A DNA stretch of 64,000 nucleotides from Thermoplasmatota archaeon (GTDB lineage Archaea > Thermoplasmatota > E2 > DHVEG-1). Positions 25,414 to 35,686 of the stretch are shown piece by piece. A model generated the notes under the pieces. That model saw only the letters and a program-made list of their open reading frames with translations, ran no database searches and was not told where the DNA came from. Each line of letters opens with the position of its first letter. Positions within the stretch are counted from its first letter, which is position 1. Both the position numbers and the translations under genes were made by a program. Location of the stretch: positions 5,635-69,634 of the forward strand of contig JALOTN010000006.1 of the NCBI GenBank assembly GCA_025457885.1, read 5' to 3'.

Positions 25414-26580
25414 TTACATCCCCTCCATGATATGAACCACACAGGTTGCGCCTGAGCCGCCTACATTATGGGCAAGTCCGATTCTGGCGTCTTTGACTTG
25501 TCGTTTCCCCGCCTCATTTCGCAATTGTAAGGTGAGCTCTACGATTTGTGCGACACCGGTGGCACCTACCGGGTGGCCTTTTGCTTTCAGACCCCCGCTT
25601 GTATTCACCGGTAAGGAACCGTCCATGGTCGTGATTTTATTATCAATGGCGGTGCCGCCTTTTCCTTTTTCGATAAAACCAAGGTCTTCAATAGCACATA
25701 TCTCTGCGATGGTGAAACAATCATGGACTTCTGCAAAATCAATGTCTTTCGGAGTGACATTCGCCTGATTATAGGCCATTTTCGCGGCATGAACCGTTGC
25801 ATCAAGAGTACAGATGTCTCGTCGTCCATGGAGCGCAAGCGTGTCAGATGCTTGTCCTGAGCCGATAATTTTCACTGGTTTATCGGTGAATTTTTTTGCT
25901 TTATCCGCTGCACAGAGGACTACAGAGGCTGCCCCATCGCTGACCGGGGAGCAATCCATAAGACCTAAGGGGTAGGCCACCATGGTTGCTTTCATCACGG
26001 ATTCAAGGGATATCGCGGATTGATATTGTGCATAGGGATTGTTGACGCCATTGGCATGATTCTTGACTGCCACCTGGGCGAGTTGTTGTTTGGTCGTCCC
26101 ATATTCATGCATGTGTCGGGTGGCGATCATCGCATAAATACCCGGGAATGTCGCTCCGAAGAATGCTTCCCATTCCTGGTCGGATGCAGCTGCGAGGATA
26201 TCAGTTGCTTCTGATCCTCCGACATCATTCATTTTCTCGATACCTCCGACGACGACCACATCGTTGATACCTGAGGCAATCGAAAGATATCCTTCTCGTA
26301 TCGCAAGGCTGCCAGATGCACACGCTCCTTCGACACGGGTCGCAGGGATATGAAGTTGGGAAAATCCTGAGACTTCCGCGACGAGTGCTCCGATGTGTTC
26401 CTGGTCGACGAACCGTCCAGAACTCATAGATCCGACATAGAGGGCATCAATGTCTTTTCCTTCTATTTTCGCATCTAGGATTGCTTTCGAGCCGGCTTCT
26501 GCGATGAGCTGACGAAATGATTTATCCCACAGTTCACCAAATTTCGTTAATCCTACTCCGATGACTGCTACATCTCTCAT
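25414..26580 (-). CDS. Acetyl-CoA acetyltransferase (archaeal thiolase)
   Basis: [10 protein letters not shown] (active Cys), [14 protein letters not shown] and [13 protein letters not shown] motifs. Confidence 0.9.
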   Translation of the reverse strand: MRDVAVIGVGLTKFGELWDKSFRQLIAEAGSKAILDAKIEGKDIDALYVGSMSSGRFVDQEHIGALVAEVSGFSQLHIPATRVEGACASGSLAIREGYLSIASGINDVVVVGGIEKMNDVGGSEATDILAAASDQEWEAFFGATFPGIYAMIATRHMHEYGTTKQQLAQVAVKNHANGVNNPYAQYQSAISLESVMKATMVAYPLGLMDCSPVSDGAASVVLCAADKAKKFTDKPVKIIGSGQASDTLALHGRRDICTLDATVHAAKMAYNQANVTPKDIDFAEVHDCFTIAEICAIEDLGFIEKGKGGTAIDNKITTMDGSLPVNTSGGLKAKGHPVGATGVAQIVELTLQLRNEAGKRQVKDARIGLAHNVGGSGATCVVHIMEGM

Positions 26581-26587
26581 TTTTTTT

Positions 26588-27637
26588 TCACTCCAAGAAC
26601 AGTAAGTTTGTCATTTTTGAATAGACTCCATAATCAACGTATTCTTTATCTGCGACCAGTTCAGCGACAGAGGGTGCTTTTTCTCGAGCGAGTCGTTTGA
26701 TGTTCTCCGTGACGGTCATATCGAACCCATCGCTTCCTGCGCCAGAGCCATAACTGGTCATGAAAATCCGGTCCCCTGGTTTTGCGACGTCTAGAACTGA
26801 GGCAAGACCAATCATTGAGGCACCAGAATACGTATTACCGATATAGGGGACCATGAGTCCTTGTTTGACTTGATCCATGGTAAAACCCAGTTTCTTTGCC
26901 ACATTGACGGGGAATTTCCCGTTTGGCTGATGGAAGATCGCATAGGTGTAATCCTGTGGTTTTGTACATGCCGTGGTCATCAGATTGTTGGCACAGTTCA
27001 TGATATGTTTAAAATAGGCTGGTTCTCCCGTGAAACGTCCTCCATGGGAAGGGTATTTCATCTCCGCTCTTCTCCAGAAATCCGGGGTATCCGTCGTATA
27101 GGAGAGGGTATGGTTAATGGTGGCAATCACATTGGTTTTTCCGATGATGAAGCCTGCACCACCAGCAGAGGCAGAATATTCTAAGGCGTCTCCGGGTGCT
27201 GCTTGGGAGGTATCCGCTCCGATTGCTACTCCGTATTTGATCATCCCTGCTTTGACAAAGGCCAGGCAGGTTTGAATTGCAGCAGTCCCTGCTTTACAGG
27301 CGAATTCATAGTCAGCGACCATAAGGTCCGGGGTGGCTCCGATTGCCTCTCCAACGATGGTCCCTGTTGGTTTGACCGCATAGGGGTGTGATTCACTCCC
27401 GACGTAGATAGCACCAATCTGTGATGGATCAAGGGTGCATCTTTTTAAGGCGTGTCGTATCGCTTCGACTGCGATGGTTGCAGTATCCTGATCGACAGAG
27501 GGGACTGATTTTTCAAAAATCCCAAGTCCTCGGCTGATTGCGTCTCCGTCTTTTCCCCATACTTTTGCGATGACTTCTGCTTTGATACGGTAGCGTGGAA
27601 TGTGTGCCCCGTAACTGACGATTCCGATTTCTTCCAT
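26588..27637 (-). CDS. Hydroxymethylglutaryl-CoA synthase (archaeal)
   Basis: [12 protein letters not shown] (Cys) and FHQPNGKFP. Conserved gene order with the thiolase and DUF35 genes. Confidence 0.9.
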   Translation of the reverse strand: MEEIGIVSYGAHIPRYRIKAEVIAKVWGKDGDAISRGLGIFEKSVPSVDQDTATIAVEAIRHALKRCTLDPSQIGAIYVGSESHPYAVKPTGTIVGEAIGATPDLMVADYEFACKAGTAAIQTCLAFVKAGMIKYGVAIGADTSQAAPGDALEYSASAGGAGFIIGKTNVIATINHTLSYTTDTPDFWRRAEMKYPSHGGRFTGEPAYFKHIMNCANNLMTTACTKPQDYTYAIFHQPNGKFPVNVAKKLGFTMDQVKQGLMVPYIGNTYSGASMIGLASVLDVAKPGDRIFMTSYGSGAGSDGFDMTVTENIKRLAREKAPSVAELVADKEYVDYGVYSKMTNLLFLE

Positions 27638-27719
27638 GGTGAATCCAGCAAAAGCACAAACTAAAAAGACTACTTAAAAGTGCCGATTATTGTTCGACAA
27701 TTGACGAAATAAAATTGGT

Positions 27720-28616
27720 TTATCCGGAGAGGGTAATCTTCTTTCCACCTTTGAGTGCTTCTACGGATTGTTCTGCGACTTTCTCGAGTTTTTCGCTGTC
27801 CATGAGTTCCTTGCGTGCTTTGAGGTTCTGATTGCGGAGGATTTCCCGGTTTTCTTGGAAGCGTTGCATCCGTTCTTTTTTCACGGTCACAATCTTGGAT
27901 CGCATCTCGAGGGCTTTCTCATGGTTGCTTTGAGCTTCCTCTCTGACTTCGATGTATTTTTTATGTTTCTTATTGGCTTCACCGATGAGCGTGGCGATCT
28001 CATTGACTATTTTTTTGTATTCCTCATGTTTCTGTTGACTCTCATTGTAGTATTTCTGGACTTTTTCATGTTCTGTGTCTGCTTTTTTGAATAATTCTGT
28101 GATTGCTTTATCGGTGTCGGTAAGATCGACTTCTATGAGTTGTTGTTTTTCCATTTGTTTTTTTACTTCGTTGTATTCTTTTCGTTTTTGTTTGATGCGT
28201 TCGATCAGTTTGTTTTCCTTACGGGTGTCCAGGATGGTTGTCTCCTGTTCGTATTCCATCATTTGGATGTCTGCTTTGATTTCCTCTACTCGGAGCGGTA
28301 GGTTTTTTACGACATCCCCTTTTTTCTTTCGTTTCGCGTCAATAAGCTCTTTTGCCTGCTGTTGATACTGGTTCCTCTTCTCCTTGTGTTCCTTCATCTT
28401 TGCAACGAGTTTTTCCCGTTCTTTTTTGACTTTGTCCATGTCGGTTTTGAGTTCTTTGCGTTTATCATTGAGCATGTCTCGTTCGTCTCTGAACTGTTTT
28501 GCGACCTGGTTGAGCTCGTTACGCTTCTCGATGAGGCTTTGGTATTTCTTCTCTGCATTTTTTAGTTGCTCAAGGTCTTCTTTCTTTGTCGTTTCTTTAT
28601 CGCTCACAAGAGACAC
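27720..28616 (-). CDS. Archaeal K/E-rich coiled-coil protein (COG1340-like), paralog 2
   Basis: 298 aa with the same composition and length as 18020..18892. Shared stretches include LNDKRKELK / LNAKVRQMR and KAQEEHQE / SQQKHEEY. Confidence 0.65.
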   Translation of the reverse strand: MSLVSDKETTKKEDLEQLKNAEKKYQSLIEKRNELNQVAKQFRDERDMLNDKRKELKTDMDKVKKEREKLVAKMKEHKEKRNQYQQQAKELIDAKRKKKGDVVKNLPLRVEEIKADIQMMEYEQETTILDTRKENKLIERIKQKRKEYNEVKKQMEKQQLIEVDLTDTDKAITELFKKADTEHEKVQKYYNESQQKHEEYKKIVNEIATLIGEANKKHKKYIEVREEAQSNHEKALEMRSKIVTVKKERMQRFQENREILRNQNLKARKELMDSEKLEKVAEQSVEALKGGKKITLSG

Positions 28617-28657
28617 CCTTTTTCGAATACCGAATTATTCTCCCATTATAAGGTTTA

Positions 28658-31486
28658 CTACTGCTCTTTTACGCGTATCCGAACCTGGTTTTTACCTTTT
28701 TCCGCTATCCAGGGGATTTGGATATCAGCGATATTTCCAGCAGGCAGCGTGACTTCAACCTTGTTCTTCTGTTTTCCGTTGAGGTAGAAAAAGACTTTCA
28801 CGTTTCGTGCTGGGATGGTTCCATTGTTCGTCAGAGTAAAGGAGGTGATCACCTTTTCACCAGGGTTGAATGCTGTTGGCCAGTGGGACACGTTTTCGAG
28901 TGCAAGAAGGGTTGTTCCTTCTTTCATCGTGGTGACCAGATCGACGGATTCCTTCTTCTTTTTCCCGATTTTATTTGCAGACAGGGTCACTTGTGTCCAG
29001 TCTTTTGGTGCTGCAGCATCGGTGGGGGTGACGGTGACATGTATCGTTTTTGATGTTTTTCCTTCGAGTTCGACGGTGGTTGGTTCTATTGATAGTCCCC
29101 ATTTATTTTCTGGGCCGGTCTGGTGTGCAGATATTTCATAGGTCTGTGCTTTTTTAAAGGGGTTTTCAATGGTGATTTCGTAGTCGGCGTTTTGGGTTGA
29201 ATCGATTTCTTTAATCCGGTCTGTGCAGATGATTCGAACAGGTTTTGAGGTGAACACGATAGCTAGAATGATGATGAAGAATAAAATGATTACGACCAGG
29301 AGTATTAAAAGAACGTATTTTCCATCCTCAATGAAACCACCGCCGATAACATTGACCGTGATTTCGATGGTGGTGGTGGCCTCTGTGCTGCTGTCAGAGG
29401 TGACGGTGATGGTGATGGTGTCGGTTTTTTCGGTGGTGTTCTTGGGGACTTCGATGAGGACTTTGGCTTCGTTTGGTTTGCTGGTGTCCCCAATGCCGAG
29501 GTTTCTGATGGATTCTTGCGGGATGAGTTTCCAGTCGTTCTTGGATGCTACGGTGATGGTGTAGCTGTCGACATCATCAACTGCGCCCGTGTTTTTGTTT
29601 TTTACGACGAAGTAGAAGAAACGGTTTTCCCCTTTGCTGATGTTAATGGTGGGAGAGTACCCAAGTATTTCAACGTCATAGGTGATTGCTTCTTCGGAGA
29701 TTTCCCCCGTGACTGTTTGACGGGCGATACCGGTGTTTCCTGAAATTACGATTAATAGGTCGATGATGCTGCCGTAGGCTTCTTTGAGGGTATTGGTGGA
29801 ATTGACGTAGACCGGTATGAGTGCATAGCTTCCAGCGGAGACGCTGACTGAATCAGGCATTGAGAATGCCCATGCACCGGTTTTTCCCCGTTCAATGATG
29901 TGTACCTGTAGGGAATCTGCTTTTTTACTACTGATGTTAATGAGGTACTGTATGCTACCACCGGGGATGATTCTTCCTTCGGGGGGTGTGGTGGTGAAGC
30001 TATTTATCTGGATGTTTTGGGTCTCTTCGTATCGGACTCTGAGCAGTGAGGGGGATTGGCTGGATGGAGCTTGCAGATATAAGGGGGTGATAACAGTTTT
30101 AGTCCCATTGCTCAACGCGATCCCAAGGGAGAGTTTCGAACCATAGGTGATTTCTTTGTCCACCCCCGTGAAATTGAAAACAACGGGGATGATTTTCTTT
30201 CGCAGGAATCCTTGAAGGTCTTTCTTCGTGAGTTGTTTCTCGGAAGTAGCGATGGTGGTGTTTGTCTCATCATATAACGTAACGATAACACCGACTTTCA
30301 GAGGTATAAGACAAAGGGTTCTGGTGAAGTACAGCTCTGCGGTGACATCCTTGATTTTTAGGATCTTGTTTCGTTCCAATCCCTGATCGTTCGTCCAGAT
30401 GGTCGGGGTGGTGGTAATCTTGGCTTTTGAGGCATTCCCCTCTTGTTGTATGTCACTCATCAGTTGGTTGGAGCCTAGGTAGTAAATGCGGATGTCATCC
30501 TTGGAGATTTTTCCGGGGATGGAGACAGACGAGGGGTGTTGGGCGGAGTTGTAAATGAGGGAGGTGGACCGCATCGCGTTGATGATTTTTGCAAAATCCT
30601 CTGATGTGATGTTCGTGAGGGTTTCTTTGGCCATGGAGATGAGGTCTTTGATGGTTGTCCCAAGGGTTTGGAGTTTTGCTAGGTTGCTGCGGTTCTCAAG
30701 CCAGTTTCCTCGTTTCTCCCATCGAGCGAGGAACTTGTTTACATCGACGTATTTGGTGATTAGTGTGGGGAGAGTCTTGTTACTGGGGATGATTTCAACG
30801 CTGAAGAGGAGGCTGTCTCCCTGGGTGAGCGTGTTGGAGACATCAGGGATGGTTATCTGTTGTTTGTAGACGCCGCTGAAGAGTTTGGGCGTCAGCAGTT
30901 GGGTGGTGTTCGCTATTTTTTTGGGGATGGGAAAGGCTGATTCCATGTTGATGGTGTAGAGGGATACCGAGACTTGGTCCCGGAATTTCTTTAGGGTGAC
31001 ATCTGAGGAGAAAAACAGGTTGTAGACGATGTCTCCTGAGATGGTCACCGGTTCGGTCCCATTATACGTGTATCCTTCGACGACTCGGAGCGGATGTGGG
31101 AGGAAGAGTTCGAAGCCTTCGAAACCAGGGATTTCACTAAAGTTGAATTCGGGGAATAAAGCGAGGAGCCAGGAGGTGAACCAGACGAGGATTTCGTCGG
31201 TGTTCGGGCTGGGGATCGGGAGTCTTTTAGAGGCATTTACTATGAGAAGATCAGGGGGGTACTTAGAATCCTTTTGACTTGTCGGCGGGTATTCTGACAG
31301 GGTGATAAAGCCATATTCAGAATAGTTTTCATCTTCCATAAGTGAAAGAGCATTGGTGAAATAAAGAGTGGTTCGTCCGGTGGATTCTTCTGCTCTGACG
31401 GATGGATTCATAAATGCTGGAAAGAGGATTCCACTGAATAGGATGTATAGGACACAGAGTACTTGGAGCGCTTTGTGCGCTAGCAT
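28658..31486 (-). CDS. Large surface protein (COG1470-like) with signal peptide, one internal TM helix and CARDB-like C-terminal domains
   Basis: N-terminal VLCVLYILFSGILFPAFMNPSVRA. Internal helix YVLLILLVVIILFFIIILAIVF near residue 740. C-terminal FTLTNNGTIPARNVKVFFYLNG is CARDB-like. Confidence 0.65.
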   Translation of the reverse strand: MLAHKALQVLCVLYILFSGILFPAFMNPSVRAEESTGRTTLYFTNALSLMEDENYSEYGFITLSEYPPTSQKDSKYPPDLLIVNASKRLPIPSPNTDEILVWFTSWLLALFPEFNFSEIPGFEGFELFLPHPLRVVEGYTYNGTEPVTISGDIVYNLFFSSDVTLKKFRDQVSVSLYTINMESAFPIPKKIANTTQLLTPKLFSGVYKQQITIPDVSNTLTQGDSLLFSVEIIPSNKTLPTLITKYVDVNKFLARWEKRGNWLENRSNLAKLQTLGTTIKDLISMAKETLTNITSEDFAKIINAMRSTSLIYNSAQHPSSVSIPGKISKDDIRIYYLGSNQLMSDIQQEGNASKAKITTTPTIWTNDQGLERNKILKIKDVTAELYFTRTLCLIPLKVGVIVTLYDETNTTIATSEKQLTKKDLQGFLRKKIIPVVFNFTGVDKEITYGSKLSLGIALSNGTKTVITPLYLQAPSSQSPSLLRVRYEETQNIQINSFTTTPPEGRIIPGGSIQYLINISSKKADSLQVHIIERGKTGAWAFSMPDSVSVSAGSYALIPVYVNSTNTLKEAYGSIIDLLIVISGNTGIARQTVTGEISEEAITYDVEILGYSPTINISKGENRFFYFVVKNKNTGAVDDVDSYTITVASKNDWKLIPQESIRNLGIGDTSKPNEAKVLIEVPKNTTEKTDTITITVTSDSSTEATTTIEITVNVIGGGFIEDGKYVLLILLVVIILFFIIILAIVFTSKPVRIICTDRIKEIDSTQNADYEITIENPFKKAQTYEISAHQTGPENKWGLSIEPTTVELEGKTSKTIHVTVTPTDAAAPKDWTQVTLSANKIGKKKKESVDLVTTMKEGTTLLALENVSHWPTAFNPGEKVITSFTLTNNGTIPARNVKVFFYLNGKQKNKVEVTLPAGNIADIQIPWIAEKGKNQVRIRVKEQ

Positions 31487-31646
31487 ATCTTCTCAACCTC
31501 GATAGTAACTATCTATCTTATTATTATATAAATCTTTGTTTACAACACTTACCATCTTTGTTAAATTATAATAAGATATATATTTAATAACATTATGGGT
31601 GCGGATTTCTCTGTAAAAACAGATGAAAATTTTGAAAAAAACGTCA

Positions 31647-33164
31647 TTAGAGCAACGGGGTTTTCCGTAACCAGTCAAGGTCACTGATATACAAACTACG
31701 GATATCTGTCAATCCATAACGAAGCATCGCAAGTCGCTCCAGGCCAAGTCCCCAGGCGAGCACCGGGTTTTTCACACCAACCGGTTCAGTCACCTCTGGT
31801 CTGAAGATACCACTGCCTCCCAGCTCCATCCATTTCCCGTTCCAGAACACCTCGACTTCCATGCTTGGTTCAGTATAGGGGAAATATCCAGGTCGGAACC
31901 TGATTTTCTCAAACCCCATCCGGCGATAAAACTCCTTAAGTATCCCAATCAACTGCTTGAAATTCGCTTTCTCCTCATAAATAATCCCTTCGATTTGGTA
32001 GAACTCTGGGAGATGGGTCGTATCAATATCCTCGTTCCTGAACACCCTTTCCAAAGAGAACACCTTGCAGGGAGGCTGCGGATGGTGATACAAGTATCTG
32101 ATCGTATTGACCGTCGTATGGGTACGGAGCAATGCACGTTCCCCCTCTGTTTTCGAAAAGGTGCTCCCCCAACCTGTCGACCCGGTAGTGCCCCCATTCT
32201 CATGGACCAAAGCAACCTCTTGAACCAGCTGTTGGTCCTGAATCGGTACACTTTTAGGGACTTTACAGTAAAAGGTATCCTGCATCTCACGAGCAGGGTG
32301 ATCCTGTGGGATGAACAGGACATCCATATTCCAGAAACAGGACTCAACATAATCCCCTTGTATCTCCTGAAACCCCATCTCCACGAAGATCTGACGAATC
32401 TCTGAGATCAAATGAACCAAGGGATGTGCTTTCCCACCATACACGGCGGGGGCAAACGCATGAATATCATAGGGTCTAATGGCCTTCTGCATCCATTCAT
32501 TGTTCTTGATGATTGCACTGGTGACCTGTGTGATTTCTTCCTGTATCTCAAAACCCTTCTCCAGGATCTTCTTTCCATCATCGGTTAAAATGATGACGCT
32601 GGTGATCAAGTCTTTTTCTTTGATGACGTTCTTACGTGACGCCAACGGTTTAATGGTATTTTTCTCGATTTCCTGCTCTGGATGCTCATGGAGCTGTTGG
32701 AGCAGGGTTTCTTCCGCGGTGACCTCAGAAAGAGCAGTTTTCCCTTTCTCCGTGATTTCAATGATGGTTTCTTGTTCCTTTTTTATCGTCGCCCAACCGT
32801 TGGTCTTCAGCCATCCGATGGCGACTGGGATTTCATCTCCGTCTAGGAACCCGGAGAGCTCCTTTAAAGACAGAATCCCATTTCTTTGCGATAACATCTG
32901 AAGCGCTCGTCGCTCCGGGAGACCTTTTTCAACAAACCGTTTCCCTTCTTTCCCCAGGGAATACACTGTTCTCATATGATTCTCGACCAGCACCAGTTTT
33001 TTCGACTGAAGCCAGGAGGATGCATTGGCAATCTCGACCTCTTGGGTGAACTGTCCGGTCCTGAAAATATCCGCCGGGGAGCCTTTCCCCTGCAGTGTTT
33101 TCAATGCAAGGAGCACTTTTTTTTCGCTGAGGGAAAGTTCCCTGATGCTTTTTTCTATCTCCAT
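31647..33164 (-). CDS. pheS: Phenylalanine--tRNA ligase alpha subunit (archaeal type)
   Basis: Class II motifs FRNEDIDTTHLPEFYQIEG and AWGLGLERLAMLRYG, with N-terminal winged-helix repeats. Confidence 0.92.
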   Translation of the reverse strand: MEIEKSIRELSLSEKKVLLALKTLQGKGSPADIFRTGQFTQEVEIANASSWLQSKKLVLVENHMRTVYSLGKEGKRFVEKGLPERRALQMLSQRNGILSLKELSGFLDGDEIPVAIGWLKTNGWATIKKEQETIIEITEKGKTALSEVTAEETLLQQLHEHPEQEIEKNTIKPLASRKNVIKEKDLITSVIILTDDGKKILEKGFEIQEEITQVTSAIIKNNEWMQKAIRPYDIHAFAPAVYGGKAHPLVHLISEIRQIFVEMGFQEIQGDYVESCFWNMDVLFIPQDHPAREMQDTFYCKVPKSVPIQDQQLVQEVALVHENGGTTGSTGWGSTFSKTEGERALLRTHTTVNTIRYLYHHPQPPCKVFSLERVFRNEDIDTTHLPEFYQIEGIIYEEKANFKQLIGILKEFYRRMGFEKIRFRPGYFPYTEPSMEVEVFWNGKWMELGGSGIFRPEVTEPVGVKNPVLAWGLGLERLAMLRYGLTDIRSLYISDLDWLRKTPLL

Positions 33165-33273
33165 TAGAACCTGAAATTCACTTGCTACGTATTAAGATGT
33201 CGATACAGTTGTGGTGATGAGAAAAAATTATAAAACACTAGTCATTCATTGGTTCATCTATGGGGCGTATCCT

Positions 33274-33678
33274 ATGATTGGAAAGTTACCAGACGACATC
33301 TTACAGGCCATTTTAGAGACTATCCCTCTTGAATTTTCCGTGATTGATAAAAACGAAAAGGTTCTTGCATGGAATAAACACACGACCCGTATTTTCAAAC
33401 GACCCGAAGCTGTCGTTGGTCGGGATGTGCGCAACTGTCATCCAAAGAAAAGCCTTGGTAAGGTTGAACAGATACTTGAGGAGATGAAAGCAGGGAAACG
33501 AGAGAAAGCACGTTTCTACATCGATCTCTCATTGGGGCCGAACCAGGAGAAACAGAAAGTCCTGATTGAATATTATGCTTTACGGGATTCGAACGGGAAG
33601 TACTTGGGGTGTCTGGAAGCCTCGCAGAATATCGCGGAGCTGCAAAGGCTCTCTGGAGAAAAACGCTTAGTTGATTAG
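33274..33678 (+). CDS. PAS-domain protein (DUF438-associated PAS type)
   Basis: LPDDILQAILETIPLEFSVIDKNEKVLAWNK...VGRDVRNCHP pattern. ATG at 33274 lies within ORF 33211..33678. Confidence 0.65.
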   Translation: MIGKLPDDILQAILETIPLEFSVIDKNEKVLAWNKHTTRIFKRPEAVVGRDVRNCHPKKSLGKVEQILEEMKAGKREKARFYIDLSLGPNQEKQKVLIEYYALRDSNGKYLGCLEASQNIAELQRLSGEKRLVD

Positions 33679-33959
33679 GGACGCAGCAGTATCTCAAGGT
33701 CCAAGAGGAACAGTTTTTGGATCCATTCCCTGCAGGATTGCTTGTGTTTTTCACGATTCCGGCCTTTTACGATCATATGAGTCCGATGCGGTAGCGGGAT
33801 GCAGATCATCCCATTGATGTGATGCATGTCGACGCTTCTGACATCATATCGAGGGAAGGGGTTGTCGAACAAGGGGAGATACCCAAGATTCCTTTTCTTG
33901 AACCGAGCTTTTCGATTTGCTTCGGGATACGTATATTTCTTCTTGGAATTTCTCCTCAT
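33675..33959 (-). CDS. Small basic HNH-like protein of a type common in phage/virus genomes
   Basis: LGYLPLFDNPFPRYDVRSVDMHHINGMICIPLPHRTHMIV resembles the short phage 'LGF.PLN.PF....HHI....VIYIP..LH' proteins (from memory). 4-nt convergent overlap with the PAS gene. Confidence 0.45.
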   Translation of the reverse strand: MRRNSKKKYTYPEANRKARFKKRNLGYLPLFDNPFPRYDVRSVDMHHINGMICIPLPHRTHMIVKGRNREKHKQSCREWIQKLFLLDLEILLRP

Positions 33960-34080
33960 TTACGTCCTCCTACCTTGTTCATCTAAGATGTGAAACATGT
34001 GCAATATCCATCCTCTCAATTATCCCGAATGTTGCAGGGGTGTATATATATGTATAATGAGGGTGATTGTAAGTATTACG

Positions 34081-34090
34081 TTTTTATAGA
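34081..34090 (+). promoter_or_regulatory. TATA-box-like element upstream of tRNA-Ile
   Basis: tttttataga lies 30-39 nt upstream of the tRNA 5' end. Confidence 0.4.
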
Positions 34091-34119
34091 ACGAGCGTAT
34101 TACCCCTTTTCAACACCCG

Positions 34120-34194
34120 GGGCCCGTAGCTTAGATCGGTTGGAGCAACCGGCTGATAACCGGTAGGTCGAGAGTTCAAATCTCTCCGGGCCCA
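34120..34194 (+). tRNA. tRNA-Ile (anticodon GAU)
   Basis: Manual cloverleaf. Acceptor GGGCCCG/CGGGCCC, D-stem GCTT/GAGC, anticodon stem ACCGG/CCGGT with loop CTGATAA, 5-nt variable loop, T-stem GAGAG/CTCTC with loop TTCAAAT, discriminator A. No encoded CCA and no intron. Confidence 0.93.
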
Positions 34195-34283
34195 CTTTGC
34201 TATCTTACAATAAATGATCAGATGATTATCGTGCACCATTCGTCTTTTTTGCTATTATCTATCATATATAGCAAAATGTACTA

Positions 34284-35585
34284 TTAACAGTGGAAATAGT
34301 ACTTGTAATCCTGGTCTGTGATCTCGCCCATGTAATGATGCCATTCTTGTGTCTTTGTGTCAATGAACAGTTCTGCACCATCCCGCCCGATCGCATCCAT
34401 CAACACAGAATCTTGCTTGAACTCCTCTAAAGCCTCCATGAGGTTCGTGGGGAGCCGCTGGATGTTGTTCTCTTTTATCTCCTGGTCAGTCATTTTGTAA
34501 ATGTTCTTGGTGATCGGCTCGTAGTTGATTTTCTTTTTAATCCCGTCTAACCCTGCATGGGTCAATGCGGCAAACAACAGGTAGGGATTTGCTGCTGGGT
34601 CTGCATTGCGAACCTCAACATCCACATTCTTTTTCGAAGGGATCCGTATGAGACTGCTGCGGTTATGTGGCGCCCACGCAAGATAGATAGGTGCCTCATA
34701 ATGCGGAATGAGCCGTTTATAGGAATTCAACGTAGGATTAGCAATAGCAGCAATCCCCCGGGAATGACTCAGAATGCCTCCGATGAAATACCGGGCGGTC
34801 TGATTCAACCCGAACGGGTCGTTTTCATCAACAAACATATTTTTTCCTTTATTATATAACGCAATATGCGCATGCATACCACTCCCTGCCTCGTTGGAGA
34901 ATGGTTTAGGCATGAACGTGATATCAAAATTATACTGTGTCGCGATGTCACGTGCGATATATTTAAAGAAACAACAGAAATCAGCGGCTGGAATGGCATC
35001 TAAATCTGTTATTTCGATTTCATGTTGCGATTTACCTGACTCATGATGATGATATTTCACCTCACATCCACAGTCCATCAACGCATCAGACAGCTTCTTT
35101 CGATAATCCTTCGCATTATCCAATGGTGGAGCGATGAAATACCCCTGATTCTCCTTAATCTCTGTGAACTTACTTTCATTATGGTTAAACACATAAAACT
35201 CGATCTCTGGGGAGATAAGGATGCTGTCAAACCCCTGGTTCTTTGAAAGCTCCACTGCCCGCTGGAGGATATACCGCGGTCCCGCACGGTACAGGTTCCC
35301 CTCGACATCGAACAGGTTCGCACGGATCAATGCCTCCCCTTCAAGATGGGGGAGCACCAAAAATGTTTCAGGGTCAGGGACCGCTATCATGTCTGAGCGT
35401 TCCACCTTCCGGAACCCCACGGAGGATCCATCGAACCGGGAGCCTTTACACAAGAGATTTTCTCTTAAAAAACGCACCGCTGGAACATGAAAGACCCGCA
35501 GTCCCCCCATCAGGTCAGTGAAATGAATCTGAATCCATCGGATATGATGACTTTCGATTTCTTTTTTTATCTGTTGCTGGTTCAT
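34284..35585 (-). CDS. glnA: Glutamine synthetase, type I
   Basis: FDGSSVGF, KPFSNEAGSGMHAHIAL and NSYKRLIP motifs. Length 433 aa. Confidence 0.93.
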   Translation of the reverse strand: MNQQQIKKEIESHHIRWIQIHFTDLMGGLRVFHVPAVRFLRENLLCKGSRFDGSSVGFRKVERSDMIAVPDPETFLVLPHLEGEALIRANLFDVEGNLYRAGPRYILQRAVELSKNQGFDSILISPEIEFYVFNHNESKFTEIKENQGYFIAPPLDNAKDYRKKLSDALMDCGCEVKYHHHESGKSQHEIEITDLDAIPAADFCCFFKYIARDIATQYNFDITFMPKPFSNEAGSGMHAHIALYNKGKNMFVDENDPFGLNQTARYFIGGILSHSRGIAAIANPTLNSYKRLIPHYEAPIYLAWAPHNRSSLIRIPSKKNVDVEVRNADPAANPYLLFAALTHAGLDGIKKKINYEPITKNIYKMTDQEIKENNIQRLPTNLMEALEEFKQDSVLMDAIGRDGAELFIDTKTQEWHHYMGEITDQDYKYYFHC

Positions 35586-35686
35586 GCGGACATTGAAACA
35601 GTACGTATTATAAATTTTTTATGGATATGGATTTCTGAGCAAATAAAAAAAGGAAATAATCTGATTTCCCAAAATGAGACGAGAGA

